From the NCBI RefSeq assembly GCF_006345805.1, contig NW_021837043.1, forward strand, positions 3,243-67,242: 64,000 nucleotides of DNA, read 5' to 3'. This DNA is from Octopus sinensis. Lineage: Eukaryota. The position numbers and the translations under genes were made by a program. Positions 12,878-26,340 of this stretch are shown one piece after another (positions within the stretch are counted from its first letter, which is position 1; the number at the start of each line of letters is the position of its first letter). Under the pieces are notes generated by a model that ran no database searches, was not told the origin of the DNA, and saw only the letters and a list, made by a program, of their open reading frames with translations.

Positions 12878-13172
12878 GTTCCTTCTCGAGGCATGCCTGG
12901 CTCATAAGGGGCGGTTTCCTGGTTTCTTGGCGTATAGGTTCCCCACCTGGACGGGATGCTGGTCCGTCGCAGGTGAGCTGCAAGATGCAGGAGGAAAGAG
13001 TGAGAGAAAGTCATGGCAAAGAGTCAGCAGAAGTTTGCCATTACCTTCTGCCAGAGCCGCGTGGAGCTTTGGTGTTTTCGCTCATAAACATACACATCGC
13101 CCGGTCTGAGATTTGAACCCGTGATCCCTCGACCGCAAGTCTGCTGCTCTAACCACTAGGCCATGTGCATTC
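12878..13172 (-). mobile_element. tRNA-derived SINE family D (tRNA-Arg-like head, resembling octopus OR-type) with a 14-bp TSD. Relatives at about 14205-14512, 16400-16590, 18355-18740, 43185-43565, 47122-47412, 54420-54665, 56345-56540
   Basis: TSD ACACACAGAAATAT at 12864-12877 and 13173-13186. The 43185 copy head reads GGAGGCGCAATGGCCCAGTGGTTAGGGCAGCGGACTCGCGGTCG..GGTTTCGATTCCC. Confidence 0.8.
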
Positions 13173-13629
13173 ACACACAGAAATATACAGTATGTAATTG
13201 CAGCCAATAACTTGGGCTCCTTTTATTGAGCTTGGTTGCAGTTCATTTATTTTCTTTCAGTGTCTGGCGGTCGTCTTAGAAGTGCCCCATGTTAAAAAAA
13301 AAATATCATTCATAGCAGATGTTCTCTTGACATCATTCACATGCTCCTGAATTGGGTTCAGAAGTTACAGCCGCCCAAGTAATAACCATACTAACAGGTA
13401 TTTAGCATTTAAACTGGCCATATCCGGTCCAAATAGTCTACTAGTTTTATTTTCAAACTGGCCAGATCTGGCTTTTCACACTTATCCTACAATATCATAC
13501 TAAAAATATACAAACATCATCGAAATCTCCATTAATTCAAAGCAATGTGAATAGATAAGGATTACATTTAACAGACTAATTTGAATGCTAAAGGTTTAAA
13601 CACTATTTTTATTGGCACACTGTTGGTTT

Positions 13630-14202
13630 ACGTTCTGAGTTCAAATTCCGCCGAGGTCAACTTGGCCTTTCATCCTTTCGGGGTTGATAAATTAAGTACC
13701 TGTTTCTTTACTACTGACAAGGGGGGCTAAACACAGAGAGGACAAACAAGGACAGACAAACGGATTAAGTCGATTATATCAACCCCAGTGCGTAACTGGT
13801 ACTTAATTTATCGACCCCGAAAGGATGAAAGGCTAAGTCGACCTCAGCGGAATTTGAACTCAGAACGTAACGGCAGACGAAATACCTATTTCTTTACTAC
13901 CCACAAGGGGCTAAACACAGAGAGGACAAACAAGGACAGACAAACGGATTAAGTCGATTATATCGACCCCAGTGCGTAACTGGTACTTAATTTATCGACC
14001 CCGAAAGGATGAAAGGCAAAGTCGACCTTGGCGGAATTTGAACTCAGAATGTAACGGCAGACGAAATACGGCTACACATTTCGCCCGGTGTGCTAACGTT
14101 TCTGCCAGTTATGCACTGGGGTCGATATAATTGACTTAATCCGTGTGCCTGTCATTGTTTGTCCTCTCTGTGTTTAGCCCCTTGTGGGTAGTAAAGAAAT
14201 AG
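13630..14202. mobile_element. Cluster of SINE family B copies in both orientations. Others at about 17710-17937, 33007-33238, 39958-40190, 52080-52415, 56880-57295, 59556-59787, 62535-62705
   Basis: Consensus GGTGAGCTGGCAGAAACGTTAGC..GAGTTCAAATTCCGCCGAGGTCGAC..CACTGGGGTCGAT..TGTGGGTAGTAAAGAAATAG. Confidence 0.85.
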
Positions 14203-14541
14203 GTTATGATGATGAGGGTTCCAGGTGATCTGATAAATGGAACAGTCTGCTTGTAGGATTAACATGCAAGTGGCTGAGTACTCCACAGACATGTGTACAC
14301 TTGATTAGTCATCAAGGAGATTCAGCACGACACAGAATGTGACAAAGCTGGCCCTTTGAAATTACAGGTACTACTCATTCTTGTCAGCTGAGTGGACTGG
14401 AGCAACGTGAGATAAAGTGTCTTGCCCAAGGACACAACGCGCTGCCGGGAATTGAACTCACAACCTTCCAATCACGAACCAAGTAACCTAACCACTGAGC
14501 CACATGCCTTCACTACTAATTACTTAATGATGTAATTATTA

Positions 14542-14574
<33 letters not shown>

Positions 14575-14576
14575 AT

Positions 14577-14633
<57 letters not shown>

Positions 14634-14771
14634 TACACACTTTGTACATTGCGCACACGCTGCTGTTCATTTTCAAAGATATTTATCTTCATCAACTGTG
14701 ATGTAGATGATGACGATGACGACGATGATGATGATGATGATGACGATGATGTAGAGTTTAACCAAATGTTC

Positions 14772-15017
14772 TCATTCTCTGGAATCTTTGACAACCAGTT
14801 CTTTGAATCCTGTTTCCTCATCAAATTCTCGCGTGAACGTAAGCCCCTGGCACTCTCCAATGACCACCTCCACTGTAGTGTAGACAATTAAATCTCCGAA
14901 CACATGACCTCCAACGACCTTTCCTTCAGTGTCGCTGAGAGACATATGAAGGTGCCCGTCATCGGAAAGTGTCCCAACTAGAGATACGATTTCAAGAAAG
15001 CCTTCGTAATCTTTCAC
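14772..15017 (-). CDS. PPC/DUF296-domain protein, last coding exon (81 aa plus stop)
   Basis: Acceptor ttttttacag|GTG; EIVSLVGTL..GHLHMSLSDTEGKVVGGHV..VYTTVEVVI carries the PPC HxH and GGH motifs; phase 0, matching the upstream exon. Confidence 0.9.
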   Translation of the reverse strand: MKDYEGFLEIVSLVGTLSDDGHLHMSLSDTEGKVVGGHVFGDLIVYTTVEVVIGECQGLTFTREFDEETGFKELVVKDSRE

Positions 15018-15045
15018 CTGTAAAAAAATAAAAGAAGATATCAAC

Positions 15046-15563
15046 ATCATCATCATCACCACCACCACCACCACCACCACCACCACCATCATTATCACCA
15101 CCACCACCACCACCACCACCACCACCATCATTACCACCACTACCACCACTACTACCACCACCACCATCATTATCACCACCATTATCACCACCACCACCAC
15201 CACCATCATTATCACCATCACCGCCACCACCACCACCATTATCACCATCATCACCACTACCACCACCACCACCACCAGCATCACCACCACCACCATCATT
15301 ACCACCACCACCACCATCATTACCACCACCACCACCACCATCATCACCCCCCACCACCACCACCACCACTACCACCACCACCATTATTATCACCATCATC
15401 ACCACCACCACCACCACCACCACCACCACCACCACCACCACCACTACCACCACCACCATCATCATCACTCCCCCACCACCATTATCACCATCATCACCAC
15501 CACCACCACCATCACCACCACCACCACCACTACCACCACCACCATCATCACCACCACCACCAT
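15046..15563. repeat. Compound (CAC/CAT/TAC)n trinucleotide array in the PPC intron
   Basis: Read directly. Confidence 0.95.
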
Positions 15564-16048
15564 TTTAATGTTCAATTTTCCATCCCTGCATAGGTTGGAT
15601 GGAATTAATCGAGGCAAATATTCTAGACCCGGATGCTCTTCCTGTTGCCAACCCTTGCCTGTTTTCCAAGCAAAATAATATTTTCCCATGACCACACGTG
15701 TTTTCCAGAATACTGTAAATGAACGACACAGCTTGTATATGACAATTGCACTCATTTACATCTATCATAGGATGTTAAGGCATGGAGTATCATTTCCCAT
15801 TTTCCGCACTTGATGACCATTCTCTTTTCAAGTGGACCAATATCATGGCGGACATCCTCTTTCTGAATAACATCCTGAGTAATATTAATGACATGCATAA
15901 ATCTATACTAGCTTGCTAACCAACTACATGGTTCCGGGTTCAGTCCCACTGCGTGGCATCTTGGGCAAGTGTCTTCTGCTATAGCCTTGGGCCGACCAAA
16001 GCCTTGTGAGTGGATTTGGTAGACGGAAACTGAAAGAAGCCTGTCGTA

Positions 16049-16111
<63 letters not shown>

Positions 16112-16925
16112 TTGTGTGTCTGTGTTTGTCCCCCTAGCATTGCTTGACAGCCGATGTTGGTATGTTTACGTCCCCGTCACTTAGCGGTTCGGCAAAAGAG
16201 ACCGATAGAATAAGTACTGGGCTTACAAAGAATAAGTGCCGGGGTCGAGTTGCTCGACTAAAGGCGGTGCTCCAGCATGGCCGCAGTCAAATGACTGAAA
16301 CAAGTAAAAAAAAAAAAAATATGTGTGTGTGTGTTTGTTTACGCACGTGTGTGTGTGCATGTCTGTAGGGTTATAATAAAATAAATGCACACTTTTTTAA
16401 AGCCTAGCCAGGCTCATGGGCCCGGCTTCCCGGTTTCTATGGCGTATGTGTCCCCCCCCAGCTGGACAGGATGCCAGTCCATCACAGCATTACTCATTTT
16501 TACCAGCTGAATGGACTAGAGCAACGTGAAATGAAGTGTTTTGCTCAAGAACACAATGCGTCACCCGGTCCAGGAATCGAAACCACAATCTCCCAGAATT
16601 TCAAGCCTTGAACCTACAGCAGAAAAAAAATTATCTATGTTAATATCTATGTTCCTAAAATGTATTTCTCACGTTGAAATGAAATAATTATAACTTATAG
16701 AATTAAAAAGAATACCGTAAATTCCTGCCTTTGTTTTAATATTATCAGCACTCTATGACTAATACATTTGATCAGGAATTTCAACCTGTATGTACGGTTT
16801 TCTTCATGAAAAGAGAACATCTGCACACAGACAATTGATGACTGGAATGTGCACATGAGCTTCGTGAGGACACAGCTCGGATTGTAATCCCTATTACACA
16901 CTCATTCTACTTTCTCTCTATACAA

Positions 16926-16953
16926 ATGTGTGTGTGTGTGTATTTCTGTGTGT

Positions 16954-16985
<32 letters not shown>

Positions 16986-17420
16986 CTGTGTGTGTATGTG
17001 TGTGTGTGTATGTGTGTGTGCGTGAGTGTGTATGTACGTCTGTGTGTGTGTTTGTGTGTGTGTATGCGTGTGTGTATGTATGCGTGTGTATGCATGTGTG
17101 TGTGTGTGTATGTGTGTGTTTGTGTGTGTGTATGTATGTATTTGTGTGTGTGTGTGTATGTGTGTGTATGTGTGTGTGTATGTGTGTGTATGTATGTGTG
17201 TGTATGCGTGTGTGTGTACGTCTGTGTGTATGTGTGTGTGTGTATGTGTGTGTGTGTATGTGTGTGTGTGTATGTGTGAGTGTGTGTGTATGTGTGTAAG
17301 TGTGTGTATGTGTATGTGTGTATGTGTGTGTATATGTATGTGTGTGTATGTATGTGTGTGTGTATGTTGTGTGTGTATGTTTGTGTGTGTGTGTATGTGT
17401 GTGTGTGTATGTATGTGTGT
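16926..17420. repeat. (TG)n/(TGTA)n microsatellite mosaic
   Basis: Read directly. Confidence 0.95.
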
Positions 17421-18772
17421 AAAATTAATATAAACAGTAGTTTGTAATGTTTCACCAAAAAGGAAAATTACAAATGTCACTAAATGTGACTGGAGTGTTA
17501 GAAAACACTCACATTGCTAGAAATAAGAGCTAAACTGCTGTAGTTAATGTACATGAATGAAAGCATCTACACTATGATCCCTGTTAGTGTATATGTTTTC
17601 ATTCACATGCATTAACTACAGCATTAGAGTGGTTTAGCTCTTATTTCTAGTAATCTAGGTGTTTCCTAACACCCTAGTCACATTTAGGCATGGCTGTATG
17701 GTTATGAAGGTGGTGAGCTGGCAGAAACGTTAGCGCGCCGGGCGAAATGCTTAGCGGTATTTCGTCTGTTGTTACGTTCTGAGTTCAAATTCTGCCGAGG
17801 TCGACTTTGTCTATCATCCTTTCGGGTCGATAAATAAAGTACCAGTTTCGCACTGGGGGTCGATGTAATCGACTTAATCCCTTTGTCTGTCCTTGTTTGT
17901 CCCCTCTATGTTTAGCCCCTTGTGGGCAGCAAAGAAATATATGAAGCTTGCTTCCCAACTATGTGGTTCTGGATTCAGTCCCATTGCATGGCACATTAGC
18001 CAAGTGTCTTTTACCACAGCTTTAAGCCGACCAGATTCTTGTGAGTGAATTTGGTAGATATAAACAGAAAGAAGGACTAGTAAGTAATATCCGTGACTCT
18101 TTTCAGTGTCTCTAAGATCGGTGAGAGGAAGTTATCCTTGGAATCACTAGTTAGCCCTAACTGCTTGCAACTAATCCCACTAAAAGCACATAAGAGTTGA
18201 GTGAGGATGTTAACCCTTTAGCATTTAAACTGGCCATATTCAGCCTATTTTACCTGTTTTATGTTCAAAGCAGCCAAATCTGGCCTCTAAAACCTACCTT
18301 ACAATGTCATTCTAAAAATAAACAGTCACATCATTGAACTCTCAAAGCCATGTGATTGTTGGCACTCCGTCGGTTATGACGATGAGGGTTCCAGTTGATC
18401 TGATCAACGGAACAGCCTGCTCATGAAATTAACGTGCAAGTGGCTGAGCACTCCACAGACACGTGTACCCTTAATGTAGTTCTCGGGGAGATTCAGTGTG
18501 ACACAGAGTGTGACAAGGTTGGCCCTTTGAAATACAGGTACAACAGAAACAGGAAGAAAGAGTGAGAGAAAGTTGTGGTGAAAGAGTACATCAGGGATCA
18601 CCACCATCCCCTGCTAGAGCCTTGTGGAACTTTTGGTGTTTTCACTCAATAAACACTCACAACGTCCGGTCTGGGAATCGAAACCACGATCCTATGACTG
18701 CGAGTCCACTGCCCTAACCACTGGGCCATTGCACCTTCACAAAACCATGTGATAATGCATGATTAAATAAGG

Positions 18773-19158
18773 TGTAGTGACGCCATCTTGGAAATCTCCA
18801 GCACGCATGCACAGGGTTGGAGTCTTCCAGGAGGTCTGCCGGAAGTTCCCTCATACACATGCGCAGAAAACTAGCAGCAGCAAAATCCCCCGTATCGTTC
18901 TCTTGAATGCCGCCAGCTGAACAGGACAGTCATGTTTTAGCAGCTCTCTCAAGCTGCTACCTCGTGATGTATCTCTGCTATGCTTGAATGGACAGGATTT
19001 GGATCACTCCGCTTGACTACTGCAACAAGCTCCTAGGCTGCTGATTCGCCCGGAAAGAAGAATGTATATATTGTGAATCAAGAAATAAATATTTATACTA
19101 TTGAAGTTAATCAGAAGTCTTGACTCTTTCCTTTGATTAAAATTTAGTTGTGATACCT
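18773..19158 (+). mobile_element. Possible solo LTR in the PPC intron
   Basis: Starts TGTAGT; GC-richer body; AATAAA near 19084; T/A-rich U5-like end. The terminal CA and TSD were not confirmed. Confidence 0.3.
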
Positions 19159-19797
19159 GTACTGGTGGCATGTAAAAAGCACCATCTAAACGTGGCTGAT
19201 GCCAGCACCACTTTGACTGGCTTCCGTTCCGGTGGCATGTAAAAAGCACCAACTGATCATTGCCGTTGCCAGCCTCCTCTGGCACCTGTGCCGGTGGCAC
19301 ATAAAAAGCACCAACTACACTCATGGAGTGGTTGGCGTTAGGAAGGGCATCCAGCTGTAGAAACACTGCCAGATCAGACTGGAGCCTGGTGCAGCCTCCA
19401 GGCTTCCCAGACCCCGGTCGAACCGTCCAACCCATGCTAGCATGGAAAACGGATGTTAAATGATGATGATGATGCAAGCTGCACCCATCCAGTGCGGGGA
19501 CCTCTCATCCTATTACAAAGGATTTACATAGGACAGAGTTATCTGAATGCTACAAGATTAAACTGGGCAATGCATTAAACCTACCACTCAAACAACCATG
19601 CCTTATCACACAGATTCTTGACTATCAAATTTTACTCAAAACACTTTGGCAAACTGAAGATTTAAAGCAGAAGCCATTTACCCAAGTTCCCTCTTAGTGG
19701 GATTAGATGCAAAGCCACAATTATGAAATACATTTCTCGGTCACACTGCTCTGTTGCAGCAATGAGATATCAATCATGAAAGTCAAAATTATCTTAC

Positions 19798-19959
19798 CGA
19801 CACACTGTTTGCCATCCTCAAGCGGGCTTTGGTTAAACTACCAACAGCAGTTACAATGAAAGCACTTTTTAACTGCTTTTCTTGGACAAATGTTTTTAAA
19901 GAAGACACCAGTTCCTGGCCAGGTTTAATCCGTAGAGCATAACACTTCATGTCACACAT
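19798..19959 (-). CDS. PPC/DUF296-domain protein, first coding exon (54 aa)
   Basis: Acceptor tctttcag|AAC ATG; MCDMKCYALRIKPGQELVSSL..SAFIVTAVGSL (PPC RL.PG.DL..G.GSL motif); donor TCG|gtaaga, phase 0. The spliced product is 135 aa. Confidence 0.9.
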
Positions 19960-20267
19960 GTTCTGAAAGATAAATAAAACCAGTGACTCAGTGGCATGAA
20001 AGAGATCAATAATTGATACAGGTTTAGACAACATTGCAAATTCAAAACATTTCAAAACATGTTTCAACGTTATCAAGAGGATGATGTGAATTATTTCTCT
20101 TCTGGTTTAACTCTATCATATCCCTTATCTTTTACTTGCTTCAGTCACTGGAAAGCAGGCCAAGCTGGGGCACCCCACCACTTACTTTTAAAGTTCTGGT
20201 ACTTATTCTATCGGTGTCTTTTGCCAAACTGCTAAGTTACAAGGAGGTATATATCTATCCATCTATG

Positions 20268-20356
<89 letters not shown>

Positions 20357-20772
20357 TATATATATCTTCCTCCTCCTTTCCTTCCCCTCCTTCTCCTCTC
20401 CCTCCTCCTCCTCCCCTCACCCACAGCACACCACCCACATACCCAACCCCACATCTTTACACCTACACATATCGTATCACAACATACCACCCACACACCC
20501 ATCCCCATATCTCCACACCCACACATACATACATACACACGTCCAGACCACCAGCCCTCTTTCACACGCACATACATACTCTCTTGTACACACACGCACC
20601 GTCGTGTTGGGGCGAAGTCACTTGACCCTGTTATCTCCCCTACTATCCCTCTGGCTTCTAACGTCTGACCTCTGACCTCTGATCCCTGACTTCGGCCTGA
20701 AATCAGAACGCCATGTTGGATCGTTAGCTCCTACACGCATTTTTTTTCTCTCCTTGTTCCTTTTCTGTGTAT

Positions 20773-20808
20773 CTTTCTGTTGAAGAGCGTAGGCTCGAAA
20801 TGTAAAAG
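20773..20808 (+). ncRNA. Variant hammerhead-like motif, family C (also 62098-62133 minus and 59423-59458 minus)
   Basis: CTTT-CTGT(T/C/G)GA-A-GAGC gta(g/t) GCTC-GAA-A(C/T)GT-A-AAAG. Confidence 0.5.
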
Positions 20809-20906
20809 CCTCTTTCTATTTCTATTCCTGAGCGCCATACTAATACATTTGTTTGTTTGTACACCACCTGCTTTCGTCTTTTCTTCATTTTCGTAAACCG
20901 TCCCGT

Positions 20907-20940
<34 letters not shown>

Positions 20941-21938
20941 CATATACATACATACATATAAATATATATGTATGTATATATATACTCTAATATACCATAC
21001 TTGGTATGTTGACCCTCCCCTCACCTATGTTTCTCTCCTCTTGCTGCTGCTGTTCTCCATTCTTATTTTTATATTGTTCTCATCTTTCTATGTTCATATG
21101 TTCAGTCATGTTGTTACCATTGTGGTCGTTGTTGTTAGTGTTGTTGTTGTTGTTTCGACCGTTTGTGAAGTTACTGTATTATGTGTTTGTGTGTATGTAT
21201 ATAGATTTGCTTATTATAGTGTTTGTATCCAAGCTCTTTATATAGTTTTTTTTGTTCACTTATTTATCTCTAGTTCTAATATTTCATCATATGTGTATGC
21301 AGGTTTGTCTTTTGTGTGTGTATTACACTGTTTGTATCTGTGTCTTTTTTTCCCCATTCTGTCTTTAGTCGTCGTGTTGCATGGTGTGGTGGCGGTGGAT
21401 GTTATTGTTCCATTCATTTTTTCTGTTGAGGCTTGTTTTATCTATTTCTATGTGTGTGGCCTCTGTAATCTATCTAAGTGTCGTGTCTCTTCTATGTGTT
21501 GATAATACTTTAACCTCTATGTTCTAATTGAGAATGTTGGCAGAGCACTGATGAGCTTTTCTTCTCTTTGAGCTCCCATCAATGTTCACCTATTCGCTCC
21601 CCTATGCTGCATACCATCTCTCCAATGTAAGTTGTCTTATTTCTGCATTGTCCTTCAGTACACCATAAGCTATAGACTACATACATTATGTAAGTCATGT
21701 TCCCTCTTTTACTCTTTTACTTGTTTCAGCCATTTGACTGCAGCAATGCTGGAGCACCGCCTTTAGTCGAGCAAATCGACCCCAGGACTTATTCTTTGTA
21801 AGCCCAGTACTTATTCTATCGGTCATTTTTGCCGAACCACTAAGTTACAGGGACGTAAACACACCAGCATCGGTTGTCAAGTAATGTTGGGGGGATAAAC
21901 ACAGACACACAAACATACACACACACATACATATATAC

Positions 21939-21985
<47 letters not shown>

Positions 21986-24203
21986 TATATACGACAGGCT
22001 TCTTTCAGTTTCCGTCTACCAAATCCACTCACAAGGCTTTGGTCGGCCTGAGGCTATCGTAGAAGACACTTGCCCAAGGTGCCATGCATGTGGGACTGAA
22101 CCCGGAACCATGTGGTTGGTAAGCAAGCTACTTACCACACAGCCACTCCTACGCCAATAATTCACTCCCACATCATTTATTTAATATCACATTATGCTCA
22201 GTACTTGCCGAATGCTTTATTCTGAAGTATGTATATTACTGAGTTCTCACAACTGGTCATTAGTATTGCTATGCCTAAACAAAATCTTAATGTGTGTGCG
22301 TGTGAGTGGGTGGTGGTGGTGAGGTGGACCCTCCCGTTATAAATGCCAATTAGGGTTCATCATCTTCTTGCTGGACAATCTGCACAGATGACTTGTTCGT
22401 AGTGATCAAATGCTAGTGCTGCACATTAGTGCACTCCCTCCATCAAATCAACAATTGGTGTGTCACGACGTGTCAGGCGTGAAAGCGATCGCAGAGCAAA
22501 GTGAAACAATGTATTTTGCACACACACACACACACCACACACACACACACACAGAATACAAATAATGGGGTTCTTAATTGTTAAACTGTAACCACCACTA
22601 GCTGTCTACTTTTATGTTTGCATGTACCTATATGCATACAGCTTATTCATTTACGTAGCAGGGGGAAAGGTTCATCTGGTCTTGTCAAAACCATCATCCA
22701 CTGACTACATTTGTGTAATACAAAGTACGTATAAACACAAACACAGGAGTTGACTAACTTTCATTTATACTCACGGAAGAATTCGTATAATGAATGTATA
22801 CACACAAATACCAACATTTACACTGTGACGGAGGCCTATATAAGAATATACATTAAAATCAGCCACCGTACAGAAGGTCTTCAATTTTATTTCCATTGTC
22901 AATATTTATAGGTATTTCCAAACATTTACTATTTTCTGGTAATTGTTTGTTCTGTCCTAGTAATCTGGTAATGAACATGGGAACGTTAAACTTGGATTTA
23001 CATTTTTAGGGTCTGCTTTCGCATACCATTCAAATGTTTGCTTAACTTAAACTGTTTAATGTTTGGATAAATCTGTTGCTCAAGAGTTAGTAATATAATC
23101 ATTCTATAGAAACAACAGAATCAACTTTGAAGAATTTGGTTTAAGAAGTTGGCTGCCGATAATGTTAATCTTCAGGAGAGCAAATGCTTAAGTTATGATA
23201 GGCATGGCTATAGCAATGTGGTTAGGAAGTTGAAGTTTACTTTACAACTACAGGGTTGGTTGTTTGGTTAGTTGGTTGGTTGATAGGTGGGTGGATAGGT
23301 AGGTAGATGGCTGGAAAGATAGATGATCAGAAAGATATATAGATAGGTAGGTGGAGTGGCTGTGTGGTAAGTAGCTTGCTTACCAACCACATGGTTCCGG
23401 GTTCAGTCCCACTGCGTGGCATCTTGGGCAAGTGTCTTCTACTATAGCCTCTGGCCAACCAAAGCCTTGTGAGTGGATTTGGTAGACAGAAACTGAAAGA
23501 AGCCCGTCGTATATATGTATGTATATATATATATGTTTGTGTGTCTGTGTTTGTCCCCCTAGCATTGCTTGACAACCGATGCTGGTGTGTTTACGTCCCT
23601 GTCACTTAGCGGTTCGGCAAAAGAGACCGATAGAATAAGTACTGGGCTTACAAAGAATAAGTCCTGGGGTCGATTTGCTCGACTAAAGGCGGTGCTCCAG
23701 CATGGCCGCAGTCAAATGACTGAAACAAGTAAAAGAGTAAAAGAGATAGACAGAGACACAGATAGATAGAGAGATAGATAGACAGATAGCCAGACAGAAA
23801 GACTATGATTGAGTTTGAGGGTAAACTATGGAGTGTGTGCGTATATGTGTGCACATACACACACACACACACACCTTCACAAAACAATAATAAAAAGAAA
23901 TCCAGACAATCCTTTTTTGAAACGACCAATTTCTAAAAACCAAAAATCATTTACAGATGCAAAAATATAAACAAAAGTGGCATTTTGGCCCCCAGCTGGC
24001 CTGACCAGTGCTAAAAGCCAATGACTGGTTATTTTTAACAACTTGACCATTCCTCCTTAACACCTCTTTCAGATACAAAAACACAAACACACACATACAC
24101 GCACTCTCTCTCACAAGACAATGATAAAAAGGAAATACAATTTATGGTCTTTTTTCTCTCCCTTTTCTTCCTTTCTTTTCTTTCTTTAACACTACTTTCA
24201 GAT

Positions 24204-25082
24204 ACACTCAATAACACTATAAAATGGTCAAATTTTTTCCCCAAGATCTTAGACCCTACTTGGAGTAAACATCCCGACCAACTACAAAAGAAACCAGCAA
24301 GACAATTTTTTCTTCTTCCTTTCCTTCTTTTTCTTTAACACTTCCTTCAGATACAAAACACACACACACGCACACACACACACATGCACACATACACACA
24401 TGTTCTCTCTCACTCTCTCCCCATTCATCACCCTCTTGTACTATCTTATATCCCTCCCCACTACTACACACTCAATAACACTATAAAATGGTCAAATTTT
24501 TTCCCCAAGATCTTAGACCCTACTTGGAGTAAACATCCCGACCAACTACAAAAGAAACCAGCAAGGCAATTTTTTCTTCTTCCTTCTCTCCCTTTTCTTC
24601 CTTTCCTTCTTTTTCTTTAACACTTCCTTCAGATACAAAACACACACACACGCACACACACACACATGCACACATACACACATGTTCTCTCTCACTCTCT
24701 CCCCATTCATCACCCTCTTGTACTATCTTATATCCCTCCCCACTACTACACACTCAATAACACTATAAAATGGTCAAATTTTTTCCCCAAGATCTTAGAC
24801 CCTACTTGGAGTAAACATCCCGAGCAACTACAAAAGAAACCAGCAAGGCAATTTTTTCTTCTTCCTTCTCTCCCTTTTCTTCCTTTCCTTCTTTTTCTTT
24901 AACACTTCCTTCAGATACAAAAACACACAAACACACATACACACGTGCGCGCACACACACACACACATGCTCTCTCTCACTTTCTCCCCATTCCTCACCC
25001 TCTTGTACTATCTTATATCCCTCCCCACCACTACACACTCAATAACACTATGAAATGGTCAAATTTTTCCCCAAGAACTTAG
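24204..25082. repeat. Tandem repeat of about 3.2 units (periods about 264, 282, 285 bp)
   Basis: Unit starts ACACTCAATAACACTAT(A/G)AAATGGTC at about 24204, 24468, 24750 and 25035. Confidence 0.9.
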
Positions 25083-25550
25083 TTCAATTTGAAAACCCCA
25101 CTAGAATGTGCGAAAGCGCTAATATATGATATATGATATATGTTATATGATGTATAAAAACATGTAATATACAAATAGATATCTGTAAATATAAAACCAT
25201 CCGAATTTCTGAGTACCTCATTTCTTCTAATGCAAAATACCTGTACATCATCCCCAAACTTTCTAATATACATATATATATATGTACATATATATAAGTT
25301 TATACATATACATATATGTATATATATACAGTGCAGGTGGCACGTAAAAAGCACCCACTACACTCATGGAGTGGTTGGTGTTAGGAAGGGCATCCAGCTG
25401 TAGAAACATTGCCATATAAGACTGGAGCCTGGGGCAGCCTTCTGGCTTCCCAGATCCCCGGTCGAACCGTCCAACCCATGCTAGCATGGAGAACGGACGT
25501 TAAACGATGATGATGATATATATATATATATGTATACATATATATATATA

Positions 25551-25609
<59 letters not shown>

Positions 25610-25628
25610 CATATATATATATACACAC

Positions 25629-25659
<31 letters not shown>

Positions 25660-26089
25660 CATATATATAAATATATATATGCATACATATATATATATAC
25701 ATATCCATATAAGTGTATATATACATATATATTTATATATATATACATACATATATATAAGTATATATATACGTTTGGTAAGCAGCTGTCTTCTACTGTG
25801 GCCTTGGGCCAACCAAAGCTTTGTGAGTGGATTTGGTAAATGGAAACTGAAAGTAGCCCGTGTGTGTGGTGTGTCTCACTACCACTCTACAACTGGTGTT
25901 GGTGTGGTCTACTCTCTCTGTTAATCTTTCTGTGATTCCACTCTACCATTTACATGTCAATAGTACACTGTATGAGTATACTGTATGGAATTTCTACCTA
26001 AACCTTATTCGACATATATAACAGGGCTGTTTACCTGAAGGGATAAGCGTCCTGTCTGTTTTTCTGTTTAGTGGAACTTTGGTCTTTGC

Positions 26090-26340
26090 TAAATTAAATG
26101 GCGTGAAAGGCAGCCGGTACTACGGCGGCACAACAGTGGGTGGAGGCTAAAAGAACCCACAGTGGATCCACAGCGGCATTCAAGAGGATCACAAAATTGG
26201 GGTCCAAACCTCAGGGAAACGCTGATGCGCTGACAGTCGCTATAAAGCTGAGAGCCAGTCACGGTGACCGCACCGCATTGAGCCAAGCTCCGCTGTGGAT
26301 CCAACCCTTCTTCTTACAAATTCAATTTCCAAGTGAATAG
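26090..26340 (-). mobile_element. CRE-clade non-LTR retrotransposon fragment (Zn-knuckle region)
   Basis: HSGAWLNAV ... RISVSLRFG..CDPLECRCGSTV...LHPLLCRRSTGCLSRH. Confidence 0.7.

Noticed and set aside
21545-21580. CTGATGA hammerhead core
   Set aside because: No GAAA follows the putative stem II.
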